Shown here one piece after another: positions 24,101-38,229 of a DNA stretch of 64,000 nt. The stretch's first letter is position 1. Each line of letters starts with the position of its first letter. The stretch spans positions 10,400,844 to 10,464,843 of the forward strand of contig CM082588.2 in assembly GCA_040954595.2 (NCBI GenBank), in the 5' to 3' direction. Below the pieces are notes generated by a model. That model ran no database searches. It was not told the origin of the DNA and saw only the letters and a list, made by a program, of their open reading frames with translations. Made by a program: the position numbers and the translations under genes. Source of the stretch: Balanoglossus misakiensis (taxonomy: Eukaryota > Animalia > Hemichordata).

Positions 24101-27100
24101 TGGACATTTTAGAACTATCTCTCGATCTACAGAGTCTATAGTGGAAAACTTTCTTATGCACATAGGCCTATCTATGTGTTCTGTGCCTCACAACAGAATT
24201 CGGTAAATAAACGAGGCTGTTTGGAAGCAACCATGGAAATTTTAGAACTATCCGTCGATCTACAGAGTCTAGTGGAAAACGTTCTTATGCGCATAGGCCT
24301 ATATATGTGTTCTGCGCATCACAACAGAATTTTGTAAACAAACGAGGCTGTGTTTGGAAGCAACCATGGAAATTTTAGAACTATCTCTCGATGTACAGAG
24401 TCTATAGTGGAAAACTTTCTTATGCACATATGCCTATCTATGTGTTCTGCGCCTCAAAACAGAATTCCGTAAATAAACGAGGCTGTTTGGAAGCAAACAT
24501 GGAAATTTTAGAACTAACTCTCGATCTACAGAGTATAGTGGAAAACGTTCATATGCGCATAGGCCTATCTATGTGTTCTGCGCATCACAACAGAATTTTG
24601 TAAACAAACCAGGCTTTGTTTGGAAGCAACCATGGACATTTTAGAACTATTCGTCGATCTACGGAGTCTAGTGGAAAACTTTCTTATGCGCATAGGCATA
24701 TGTATGTGTTCTACGCATCACAACAGAATTCGGTAAATAAACGAGGCTGTTTGGAAACAACCATGGAAATTTTTGAACTATCCGTTGATCTAAAGTTGAA
24801 AAGTTTTTTATGCGCATAGGCCTATCTATGTGTTCTGCGCCTCACAACAGAAATCGGTAAATAAACGAGGCTGTTTGGAAGCAACCATGGAAATTTTACA
24901 ACTATCTCTCGATCTACAGAGTCTATAGTGGAAAACTTTCTTATTCACATATGCCTATCTATGTGTTCTGCGCCTCAAAACAGAATTCCGCAAATAAACG
25001 AGGCTGTTTGGAAGCAAACATGGAAGTTTTAGAACTATCTCTCGATCTACAGTGTATAGTGGAAAACGTTCATATGCGCATAGGCCTATCTATGTGTTCT
25101 GCGCATCACAACAGAATTTTGTAAATAATCGAGGATGTGTTTGGAAGCAATCATGGAAATTTTAGAACTATCCGTCGATCTACAGAGTCTAGTGGAAACT
25201 TTCTTATGCGCATAGGCATATGTATGTGTTCAGCGCATAACAACAGAATTTTGTAAATGAACGAGGCTGTGTTTGGAAACAACCATGGAAATTTTACAAC
25301 TATCCGTCGATCTACGGAGTCTGGTGGAAAACTTTCTTATGCGCATAGGCCTATCATGTGTTCTGCGCCTCACAACAGAAATCGGTAAATAAACGAGGCT
25401 GTTTGGAAGCAACCATGGAAATTGTACAACTATCCGTCGATCTACAGAGTCTAGTGGAAACGTTCTTATGCGCATAGGCCTATATATGTGTTCTGCGCAT
25501 CACAACAGAATTTTGTAAACAAACGAGGCTGTGTTTGGTAGCAACCATGGACATTTTAGAACTATCTCTCGATCTACAGAGTCTATAGTGGAAAACTTTC
25601 TTATGCACATATGCCTATCTATGTGTTCTGCGCCTCACAACAGAATTCGGTAAATAAACGAGGCTGTTTGGAAGCAACCATGGAAATTTTACAACTATCC
25701 GTCGATCTACAGAGTCTAGTGGAAAACGTTATTATGCGCATAGGCCTATATATGTGTTCTGCGCATCACAACAGAATTTTGTAAACAAACGAGGCTGTGT
25801 TTGGAAGCAACCATGAAAGTTTACAACTATCCGTCGATCTACAGAGTCTAGTGGAAAAATGTCTCATGCGCATAGGCCTATCATGTGTTCTGCGCCTCAC
25901 AACAGAAATCGGTAAATAAACGAGGCTGTTTGGAAGCAACCATGGAAATTGTATAGCTATCCGTCGATCTACAGAGTCTAGTGGAAACGTTCTTATGCGC
26001 ATAGGCCTATATATGTGTTCTGCGCATCACAACAGAATTTTGTAAACAAACGAGGCTGTGTTTGGTAGCAACCATGGACATTTTAGAACTATCTCTCGAT
26101 CTACAGAGTCTATAGTGGAAAACTTTCTTATGCACATATGCCTATCTATGTGTTCTGCGCCTCACAACAGAATTCGGTAAATAAACGAGGCTGTTTGGAA
26201 GCAACCATGGAAATTTTACAACTATCCGTCGATCTACAGAGTCTAGTGGAAAACGTTATTATGCGCATAGGCCTATATATGTGTTCTGCGCATCACAACA
26301 GAATTTTGTAAACAAACGAGGCTGTGTTTGGAAGCAACCATGGACATTTTAGAACTATCTCTCGATCTACAGAGTCTATAGTGGAAAACTTTCTTATGCA
26401 CATAGGCCTATCTATGTGTTCTGTGCCTCACAACAGAATTCGGTAAATAAACGAGGCTGTTTGGAAGCAACCATGGAAATTTTACAACTATCCGTCGATC
26501 TACAGAGTCTAGTGGAAAACGTTCTTATGCGCATAGGCCTATATATGTGTTCTGCGCATCACAAAAGAATTTTGTAAACAAACGAGGCTGTGTTTGAAAG
26601 CAACCATGGACATTTTAGAACTATCTCTCGATCTACAGAGTCTATAGTGGAAAACTTTCTTATGCACATAGGCCTATCTATGTGTTCTGTGCCTCACAAC
26701 AGAATTCGGTAAATAAACGAGGCTGTTTGGAAGCAACCATGGAAATTTTAGAACTATCCGTCGATCTACAGAGTCTAGTGGAAAACGTTCTTAAGCGCAT
26801 AGGCCTATATATGTGTTCTGCGCATCACAACAGAATTTTGTAAACAAACGAGGCTGTGTTTGGAAGCAACCATGGAAATTTTAGAACTATCTCTCGATGT
26901 ACAGAGTCTATAGTGGAAAACTTTCTTATGCACATATGCCTATCTATGTGTTCTGCGCCTCAAAACAGAATTCCGTAAATAAACGAGGCTGTTTGGAAGC
27001 AAACATGGAAATTTTAGAACTAACTCTCGATCTACAGAGTATAGTGGAAAACGTTCATATGCGCATAGGCCTATCTATGTGTTCTGCGCATCACAACAGA

Positions 27101-27599
27101 ATTTTGTAAACAAACCAGGCTTTGTTTGGAAGCAACCATGGACATTTTAGAACTATTCGTCGATCTACGGAGTCTAGTGGAAAACTTTCTTATGCGCATA
27201 GGCATATGTATGTGTTCTACGCATCACAACAGAATTCGGTAAATAAACGAGGCTGTTTGGAAACAACCATGGAAATTTTTGAACTATCCGTTGATCTAAA
27301 GTTGAAAAGTTTTTTATGCGCATAGGCCTATCTATGTGTTCTGCGCCTCACAACAGAAATCGGTAAATAAACGAGGCTGTTTGGAAGCAACCATGGAAAT
27401 TTTACAACTATCTCTCGATCTACAGAGTCTATAGTGGAAAACTTTCTTATTCACATATGCCTATCTATGTGTTCTGCGCCTCAAAACAGAATTCCGCAAA
27501 TAAACGAGGCTGTTTGGAAGCAAACATGGAAGTTTTAGAACTATCTCTCGATCTACAGTGTATAGTGGAAAACGTTCATATGCGCATAGGCCTATCTAT

Positions 27600-30500
27600 G
27601 TGTTCTGCGCATCACAACAGAATTTTGTAAATAATCGAGGATGTGTTTGGAAGCAATCATGGAAATTTTAGAACTATCCGTCGATCTACAGAGTCTAGTG
27701 GAAACTTTCTTATGCGCATAGGCATATGTATGTGTTCAGCGCATAACAACAGAATTTTGTAAATGAACGAGGCTGTGTTTGGAAACAACCATGGAAATTT
27801 TACAACTATCCGTCGATCTACGGAGTCTGGTGGAAAACTTTCTTATGCGCATAGGCCTATTACGTGCTCTGCGCCTCACAACAGAATTCGGTAAATAAAC
27901 GAGGCTGTTTGGAAGCAACCATGGAAATTTTAGAACTATCCGTCGATCTACAGAGTCTAGTGGAAAAATGTCTTATGCGCATAGGCCTATCATGTGTTCT
28001 GCGCCTCACAACAGAAATCGGTAAATAAAAGAGGCTGTTTGGAAGCAACCATGGAAATTGTACAACTATCCGTCGATCTACAGAGTCTAGTGGAAAACTT
28101 CCTTATGCGCATAGACCTATTACGTGTTCTGCGCCTCACAACAGAATTCGGTAAATAAACGATGCTGTTTGGAAGCAACCATGGAAATTTTACAACTATC
28201 CGTCGATCTACAGAGTCTGGTGGAAAAATTTCTTATGCGCATAGTCCTATCATGTGTTCTGCGCATCACAACAGAATTCGGTAAATAAACGAGGCTGTTT
28301 GGAAGCAACCATTGAAATTTTAGAACTATCCGTCGATCTACAGAGTCTAGTGGAAAACGTTCTTATGCGCATAGGCCTATCTATGTGTTATGCGCATCAC
28401 AACAGAAATCGGTAAATAAACGAGGCTGTGTTTGGAAGCAACCATGGACATTTTAGAACTATCTCTCGATCTACAGAGTCTATAGTGGAAAACTTTCTTA
28501 TGCACATATGCCTATCTATGTGTTCTGCGCCTCACAACAGAAATCGGTAAATAAACGAGGCTGTTTAAAAGCAACCATGGAAATTTTACAGCTATCCGTC
28601 GATCTACAGAGTCTAGTGGAAACGTTCTTATGCGCATAGGCCTATATATGTGTTCTGCGCATCACAACAGAATTTTGTAAACAAACGAGGCTGTGTTTGG
28701 AAGCAACCATGGACATTTTAGAACTATCTCTCGATCTACAGAGTCTATAGTGGAAAACTTTCTTATGCACATATGCCTATCTATGTGTTCTGCGCCTCAC
28801 AACAGAATTCGGTAAATAAACGAGGCTGTTTGAAAGCAACCATGGAAATTTTAGAACTATCTCTCGATCTACAGAGTCTAGTGGAAAACTTTATTATGCA
28901 CATATGCCTATCTATGTGTTCTGCGCATCACAACAGAAATCGGTAAATAAACGAGGCTGTTTGGAAGCAACCATGGAAATTTTACAACTATCCGTCGATC
29001 TACAGAGTCTGGTGGAAAATTTTCTTATGCGCATAGGCCTATTACGTGCTCTGCGCCTCACAACAGAATTCGGTAAATAAACGAGGCTGTTTGGAAGCAA
29101 CCATGGAAATTTTAGAACTATCCGTCGATCTACAGAGTCTAGTGGAAAAATGTCTTATGCGCATAGGCCTATCATGTGTTCTGCGCCTCACAACAGAAAT
29201 CGGTAAATAAACGAGGCTGTTTGGAAGTAACCATGGAAATTGTACAACTATCCGTCGATCTACAGAGTCTAGTGGAAAACGTTCTTATGCGCATAGGCCT
29301 ATCTATGTGTTATGCGCATCACAACAGAAATCGGTAAATAAACGAGGCTGTATTTGGAAGCAACCATGAAATTTTACAACTATCCGTCGATCTACAGAGT
29401 CTAGTGGAAAAATGTCTCATGCGCATAGGCCTATCATGTGTTCTGCGCCTCACAACAGAAATCGGTAAATAAACGAGGCTGTTTGGAAGCAACCATAGAA
29501 ATTTTACAGCTATCCGTCGATCTACAGAGTCTAGTGGAAACGTTCTTATGCGCATAGGCCTATATATGTGTTCTGCGCATCACAACAGAATGTTGTAAAC
29601 AAACGAGGCTGTGTTTGGTAGCAACCATGGACATTTTAGAACTATCTCTCGATCTACAGAGTCTATAGTGGAAAACTTTCTTATGCACATATGCCTATCT
29701 ATGTGTTCTGCGCCTCACAACAGAATTCGGTAAATAAACGAGGCTGTTTGGAAGCAACCATGGAAATTTTACAACTATCCGTCGATCTACAGAGTCTAGT
29801 GGAAAACGTTATTATGCGCATAGGCCTATATATGTGTTCTGCGCATCACAACAGAATTTTGTAAACAAACGAGGCTGTGTTTGGAAGCAACCATGGACAT
29901 TTTAGAACTATCTCTCGATCTACAGAGTCTATAGTGGAAAACTTTCTTATGCACATAGGCCTATCTATGTGTTCTGTGCCTCACAACAGAATTCGGTAAA
30001 TAAACGAGGCTGTTTGGAAGCAACCATGGAAATTTTAGAACTATCCGTCGATCTACAGAGTCTAGTGGAAAACGTTCTTATGCGCATAGGCCTATATATG
30101 TGTTCTGCGCATCACAACAGAATTTTGTAAACAAACGAGGCTGTGTTTGAAAGCAACCATGGAAATTTTAGAACTATCTCTCGATGTACAGAGTCTATAG
30201 TGGAAAACTTTCTTATGCACCTATGCCTATCTATGTGTTCTGCGCCTCAAAACAGAATTCCGTAAATAAACGAGGCTGTTTGGAAGCAAACATGGACATT
30301 TTAGAACTAACTCTCGATCTACAGAGTATAGTGGAAAACGTTCATATGCGCATAGGCCTATCTATGTGTTCTGCGCATCACAACAGAATTTTGTAAACAA
30401 ACCAGGCTTTGTTTGGAAGCAACCATGGACATTTTAGAACTATTCGTCGATCTACGGAGTCTAGTGGAAAACTTTCTTATGCGCATAGGCATATGTATGT

Positions 30501-33500
30501 GTTCTACGCATCACAACAGAATTCGGTAAATAAACGAGGCTGTTTGGAAACAACCATGGAAATTTTTGAACTATCCGTTGATCTAAAGTTGAAAAGTTTT
30601 TTATGCGCATAGGCCTATCTATGTGTTCTGCGCCTCACAACAGAAATCGGTAAATAAACGAGGCTGTTTGGAAGCAACCATGGAAATTTTACAACTATCT
30701 CTCGATCTACAGAGTCTATAGTGGAAAACTTTCTTATTCACATATGCCTATCTATGTGTTCTGCGCCTCAAAACAGAATTCCGCAAATAAACGAGGCTGT
30801 TTGGAAGCAAACATGGAAGTTTTAGAACTATCTCTCGATCTACAGTGTATAGTGGAAAACGTTCATATGCGCATAGGCCTATCTATGTGTTCTGCGCATC
30901 ACAACAGAATTTTGTAATCAATCGAGGATGTGTTTGGAAGCAATCATGGAAATTTTAGAACTATCCGTCGATCTACAGAGTCTAGTGGGAAACTTTCTTA
31001 TGCGCATAGGCATATGTATGTGTTCAGCGCATCACAACAGAATTTTGTAAATGAACGAGGCTGTGTTTGGAAACAACCATGGAAATTTTAGAACTATCTC
31101 TCGATCTAAAGTTGAAAAGTTTCTTATGCGCATAGGCCTATTACGTGTTCTGCGCCTCACAACAGAATTCGGTAAATAAACGAGGCTGTTTGGAAGCAAC
31201 AATGGAAATTTTAGAACTATCCGTCGATCTACGGAGTATAGTGGAAAACGTTCATATGCGCATAGGCCTATATATGTGTTCTGCGCATCACAACAGAATT
31301 TTGTAAACAATCGAGGATGTGTTTGGAAGCAATCATGGAAATTTTAGAACTATCCGTCGATCTACAGAGTCTAGTGGGAAACTTTCTTATGCGCATAGGC
31401 ATATGTATGTGTTCAGCGCATAACAACAGAATTTTGTAAATGAACGAGGCTGTGTTTGGAAACAACCATGGAAATTTTACAACTATCCGTCGATCTACGG
31501 AGTCTGGTGGAAAACTTTCTTATGCGCATAGGCCTATTACGTGCTCTGCGCCTCACAACAGAATTCGGTAAATAAACGAGGCTGTTTGGAAGCAACCATG
31601 GAAATTTTAGAACTATCCGTCGATCTACAGAGTCTAGTGGAAAAATGTCTTATGCGCATAGGCCTATCATGTGTTCTGCGCCTCACAACAGAAATCGGTA
31701 AATAAAAGAGGCTGTTTGGAAGCAACCATGGAAATTGTACAACTATCCGTCGATCTACAGAGTCTAGTGGAAAACTTCTTATGCGCATAGACCTATTACG
31801 TGTTCTGCGCCTCACAACAGAATTCGGTAAATAAACGATGCTGTTTGGAAGCAACCATGGAAATTTTACAACTATCCGTCGATCTACAGAGTCTGGTGGA
31901 AAAATTTCTTATGCGCATAGTCCTATCATGTGTTCTGCGCATCACAACAGAATTCGGTAAATAAACGAGGCTGTTTGGAAGCAACCATTGAAATTTTAGA
32001 ACTATCCGTCGATCTACAGAGTCTAGTGGAAAACGTTCTTATGCGCATAGGCCTATCTATGTGTTATGCGCATCACAACAGAAATCGGTAAATAAACGAG
32101 GCTGTGTTTGGAAGCAACCATGGACATTTTAGAACTATCTCTCGATCTACAGAGTCTATAGTGGAAAACTTTCTTATGCACATATGCCTATCTATGTGTT
32201 CTGCGCCTCACAACAGAAATCGGTAAATAAACGAGGCTGTTTAAAAGCAACCATGGAAATTTTACAGCTATCCGTCGATCTACAGAGTCTAGTGGAAACG
32301 TTCTTATGCGCATAGGCCTATATATGTGTTCTGCGCATCACAACAGAATTTTGTAAACAAACGAGGCTGTGTTTGGAAGCAACCATGGACATTTTAGAAC
32401 TATCTCTCGATCTACAGAGTCTATAGTGGAAAACTTTCTTATGCACATATGCCTATCTATGTGTTCTGCGCCTCACAACAGAATTCGGTAAATAAACGAG
32501 GCTGTTTGAAAGCAACCATGGAAATTTTACAACTATCCGTCGATCTACAGAGTCTAGTGGAAAACGTTATTATGCGCATAGGCCTATATATGTGTTCTGC
32601 GCATCACAACAGAATTGTGTAAACAAACGAGGCTGTGTTTGGAAGCAACCATGGAAATTTTAGAACTATCTCTCGATCTACAGAGTCTAGTGGAAAACTT
32701 TCTTATGCACATATGCCTATCTATGTGTTCTGCGCATCACAACAGAAATCGGTAAATAAACGAGGCTGTTTGGAAGCAACCATGGAAATTTTACAACTAT
32801 CCGTCGATCTACAGAGTCTGGTGGAAAACTTTCTTATGCGCATAGGCCTATTACGTGCTCTGCGCCTCACAACAGAATTCGGTAAATAAACGAGGCTGTT
32901 TGGAAGCAACCATGGAAATTTTAGAACTATCCGTCGATCTACAGAGTCTAGTGGAAAAATGTCTTATGCGCATAGGCCTATCATGTGTTCTGCGCCTCAC
33001 AACAGAAATCGGTAAATAAACGAGGCTGTTTGGAAGTAACCATGGAAATTGTACAACTATCCGTCGATCTACAGAGTCTAGTGGAAAACGTTCTTATGCG
33101 CATAGGCCTATCTATGTGTTATGCGCATCACAACAGAAATCGGTAAATAAACGAGGCTGTATTTGGAAGCAACCATGAAATTTTACAACTATCCGTCGAT
33201 CTACAGAGTCTAGTGGAAAAATGTCTCATGCGCATAGGCCTATCATGTGTTCTGCGCCTCACAACAGAAATCGGTAAATAAACGAGGCTGTTTGGAAGCA
33301 ACCATAGAAATTTTACAGCTATCCGTCGATCTACAGAGTCTAGTGGAAACGTTCTTATGCGCATAGGCCTATATATGTGTTTTGCGCATCACAACAGAAT
33401 GTTGTAAACAAACGAGGCTGTGTTTGGTAGCAACCATGGACATTTTAGAACTATCTCTCGATCTACAGAGTCTATAGTGGAAAACTTTCTTATGCACATA

Positions 33501-35450
33501 TGCCTATCTATGTGTTCTGCGCCTCACAACAGAATTCGGTAAATAAACGAGGCTGTTTGGAAGCAACCATGGAAATTTTACAACTATCCGTCGATCTACA
33601 GAGTCTAGTGGAAAACGTTATTATGCGCATAGGCCTATATATGTGTTCTGCGCATCACAACAGAATTTTGTAAACAAACGAGGCTGTGTTTGGAAGCAAC
33701 CATGGACATTTTAGAACTATCTCTCGATCTACAGAGTCTATAGTGGAAAACTTTCTTATGCACATAGGCCTATCTATGTGTTCTGTGCCTCACAACAGAA
33801 TTCGGTAAATAAACGAGGCTGTTTGGAAGCAACCATGGAAATTTTAGAACTATCCGTCGATCTACAGAGTCTAGTGGAAAACGTTCTTATGCGCATAGGC
33901 CTATATATGTGTTCTGCGCATCACAACAGAATTTTGTAAACAAACGAGGCTGTGTTTGAAAGCAACCATGGAAATTTTAGAACTATCTCTCGATGTACAG
34001 AGTCTATAGTGGAAAACTTTCTTATGCACATATGCCTATCTATGTGTTCTGCGCCTCAAAACAGAATTCCGTAAATAAACGAGGCTGTTTGGAAGCAAAC
34101 ATGGAAATTTTAGAACTAACTCTCGATCTACAGAGTATAGTGGAAAACGTTCATATGCGCATAGGCCTATCTATGTGTTCTGCGCATCACAACAGAATTT
34201 TGTAAACAAACCAGGCTTTGTTTGGAAGCAACCATGGACATTTTAGAACTATTCGTCGATCTACGGAGTCTAGTGGAAAACTTTCTTATGCGCATAGGCA
34301 TATGTATGTGTTCTACGCATCACAACAGAATTCGGTAAATAAACGAGGCTGTTTGGAAACAACCATGGAAATTTTTGAACTATCCGTTGATCTAAAGTTG
34401 AAAAGTTTTTTATGCGCATAGGCCTATCTATGTGTTCTGCGCCTCACAACAGAAATCGGTAAATAAACGAGGCTGTTTGGAAGCAACCATGGAAATTTTA
34501 CAACTATCTCTCGATCTACAGAGTCTATAGTGGAAAACTTTCTTATTCACATATGCCTATCTATGTGTTCTGCGCCTCAAAACAGAATTCCGCAAATAAA
34601 CGAGGCTGTTTGGAAGCAAACATGGAAGTTTTAGAACTATCTCTCGATCTACAGTGTATAGTGGAAAACGTTCATATGCGCATAGGCCTATCTATGTGTT
34701 CTGCGCATCACAACATAATTTTGTAATCAATCGAGGATGTGTTTGGAAGCAATCATGGAAATTTTAGAACTATCCGTCGATCTACAGAGTCTAGTGGGAA
34801 ACTTTCTTATGCGCATAGGCATATGTATGTGTTCAGCGCATCACAACAGAATTTTGTAAATGAACGAGGCTGTGTTTGGAAACAACCATGGAAATTTTAG
34901 AACTATCTCTCGATCTAAAGTTGAAAAGTTTCTTATGCGCATAGGCCTATTACGTGTTCTGCGCCTCACAACAGAATTCGGTAAATAAACGAGGCTGTTT
35001 GGAAGCAACAATGGAAATTTTAGAACTATCCGTCGATCTACGGAGTATAGTGGAAAACGTTCATATGCGCATAGGCCTATATATGTGTTCTGCGCATCAC
35101 AACAGAATTTTGTAAACAATCGAGGATGTGTTTGGAAGCAATCATGGAAATTTTAGAACTATCCGTCGATCTACAGAGTCTAGTGGGAAACTTTCTTATG
35201 CGCATAGGCATATGTATGTGTTCAGCGCATCACAACAGAATTTTGTAAATGAACGAGGCTGTGTTTGGAAACAACCATGGAAATTTTACAACTATCCGTC
35301 GATCTACGGAGTCTGGTGGAAAACTTTCTTATGCGCATAGGCCTATTACGTGCTCTGCGCCTCACAACAGAATTCGGTAAATAAACGAGGCTGTTTGGAA
35401 GCAACCATGGACATTTTAGAACTATCCGTCGATCTACAGAGTCTAGTGGA
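27600..35450. repeat. Tandem duplication of a ~3.7-3.8 kb satellite block; the copies differ by one monomer
   Basis: Offsets are 3676-3677 (27736/31413, 28120/31796) and then 3809 (28912/32721, 29319/33128, 30184/33993, 31032/34841). Shared variants include GGAAGTAACC, ACCATAGAAA and AATGTTGTAAAC. Boundaries are approximate. Confidence 0.85.
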
Positions 35451-38229
35451 AAAATGTCTTATGCGCATAGGCCTGTCATGTGTTCTGCGCCTCACAACAG
35501 AAATCGGTAAATAAACGAGGCTGTTTGGAAGCAACCATGGAAATTGTACAACTATCCGTCGATCTACAGAGTCTAGTGGAAAACGTTCTTATGCGCATAG
35601 GCCTATCTATGTGTTATGCGCATCACAACAGAAATCGGTAAATAAACGAGGCTGTATTTTGAAGCAACCATGAAATTTAACAACTATCCGTCGATCTACA
35701 GAGTCTGGTGGAAAACTTCCTTATGCGCATAGACCTATTACGTGTTCTGCGCCTCACAACAGAATTCCGTAAATAAACGATGCTGTTTGGAAGCAACCAT
35801 GGAAATTGTACAACTATCCGTCGATCTACAGAGTCTAGTGGAAAACGTTCTTATGCGCATAGGCCTATCTATGTGTTATGCGCATCTCAACAGAAATCGG
35901 TAAATAAACGAGGCTGTGTTTGGAAGCAACCATGGACATTTTAGAACTATCTACAGAGTCTATAGTGGAAAACTTTCTTATGCACATATGCCTATCTATG
36001 TGTTCTGCGCCTCACAACAGAAATCGGTAAATAAACGAGGCTGTTTAAAAGCAACCATGGAAATTTTACAGCTATCCGTCGATCTACAGAGTCTAGTGGA
36101 AACGTTCTTATGCGCATAGGCCTATATATGTGTTCTGCGCATCACAACAGAATTTTGTAAACAAACGAGGCTGTGTTTGGAAGCAACCATGGACATTTTA
36201 GAACTATCTCTCGATCTACAGAGTCTATAGTGGAAAACTTTCTTATGCACATATGCCTATCTATGTGTTCTGTGCCTCACAACAGAATTCGGTAAATAAA
36301 CGAGGCTGTTTGGAAGCAACCATGGAAATTTTACAACTATCCGTCGATCTACAGAGTCTAGTGGAAAACGTTATTATGCGCATAGGCCTATATATGTGTT
36401 CTGCGCATCACAACAGAATTTTGTAAACAAACGAGGCTGTGTTTGGAAGCAACCATGGAAATTTTAGAACTATCTCTCGATCTACAGAGTCTAGTGGAAA
36501 ACTTTATTATGCACATATGCCTATCTATGTGTTCTGCGCATCACAACAGAAATCGGTAAATAAACGAGGCTGTTTGGAAGCAACCATGGAAATTTTACAA
36601 CTATCCGTCGATCTACAGAGTCTGGTGGAAAACTTTCTTATGCGCATAGGCATATGTATGTGTTCTACGCATCACAACAGAATTCGGTAAATAAACGAGG
36701 CTGTTTGGAAACAACCATGGAAATTTTTGAACTATCCGTTGATCTAAAGTTGAAAAGTTTTTTATGCGCATAGGCCTATCTATGTGTTCTGCGCCTCACA
36801 ACAGAAATCGGTAAATAAACGAGGCTGTTTGGAAGCAACCATGGAAATTTTACAACTATCTCTCGATCTACAGAGTCTATAGTGGAAAACTTTCTTATTC
36901 ACATATGCCTATCTATGTGTTCTGCGCCTCAAAACAGAATTCCGCAAATAAACGAGGCTGTTTGGAAGCAAACATGGAAGTTTTAGAACTATCTCTCGAT
37001 CTACAGTGTATAGTGGAAAACGTTCATATGCGCATAGGCCTATCTATGTGTTCTGCGCATCACAACAGAATTTTGTAAACAATCGAGGATGTGTTTGGAA
37101 GCAATCATGGAAATTTTAGAACTATCCGTCGATCTACAGAGTCTAGTGAAAACTTTCTTATGCGCATAGGCATATGTATGTGTTCAGCGCATCACAACAG
37201 AATTTTGTAAATGAACGAGGCTGTGTTTGGAAACAACCATGGAAATTTTACAACTATCCGTCGATCTACGGAGTCTGGTGGAAAACTTTCTTATGCGCAT
37301 AGGCCTATTACGTGCTCTGCGCCTCACAACAGAATTCGGTAAATAAACGAGGCTGTTTGGAAGCAACCATGGAAATTTTAGAACTATCCGTCGATCTACA
37401 GAGTCTAGTGGAAAAATGTCTTATGCGCATAGGCCTATCATGTGTTCTGCGCCTCACAACAGAAATCGGTAAATAAACGAGGCTGTTTGGAAGCAACCAT
37501 GGAAATTGTACAACTATCCGTCGATCTACAGAGTCTAGTGGAAAACGTTCTTATGCGCATAGGCCTATCTATGTGTTATGCGCATCACAACAGAAATCGG
37601 TAAATAAACGAGGCTGTATTTGGAAGCAACCATGAAATTTTACAACTATCCGTCGATCTACAGAGTCTGGTGGAAAACTTCCTTATGCGCATAGACCTAT
37701 TACGTGTTCTGCGCCTCACAACAGAATTCGGTAAATAAACGATGCTGTTTGGAAGCAACCATGGAAATTGTACAACTATCCGTCGATCTACAGAGTCTAG
37801 TGGAAAACGTTCTTATGCGCATAGGCCTATCTATGTGTTATGCGCATCACAACAGAAATCGGTAAATAAACGAGGCTGTGTTTGGAAGCAACCATGGACA
37901 TTTTAGAACTATCTCTCGATCTACAGAGTCTGTAGTGGAAAACTTTCTTATGCACATATGCCTATCTATGTGTTCTGCGCCTCACAACAGAATTCGGTAA
38001 ATAAACGAGGCTGTTTGGAAGCAACCATGGAAATTTTACAGCTATCCGTCGATCTACAGAGTCTAGTGGAAACGTTCTTATGCGCATAGGCCTATATATG
38101 TGTTCTGCGCATCACAACAGAATTTTGTAAACAAACGAGGCTGTGTTTGGAAGCAACCATGGACATTTTAGAACTATCTCTCGATCTACAGAGTCTATAG
38201 TGGAAAACTTTATTATGCACATATGCCTA

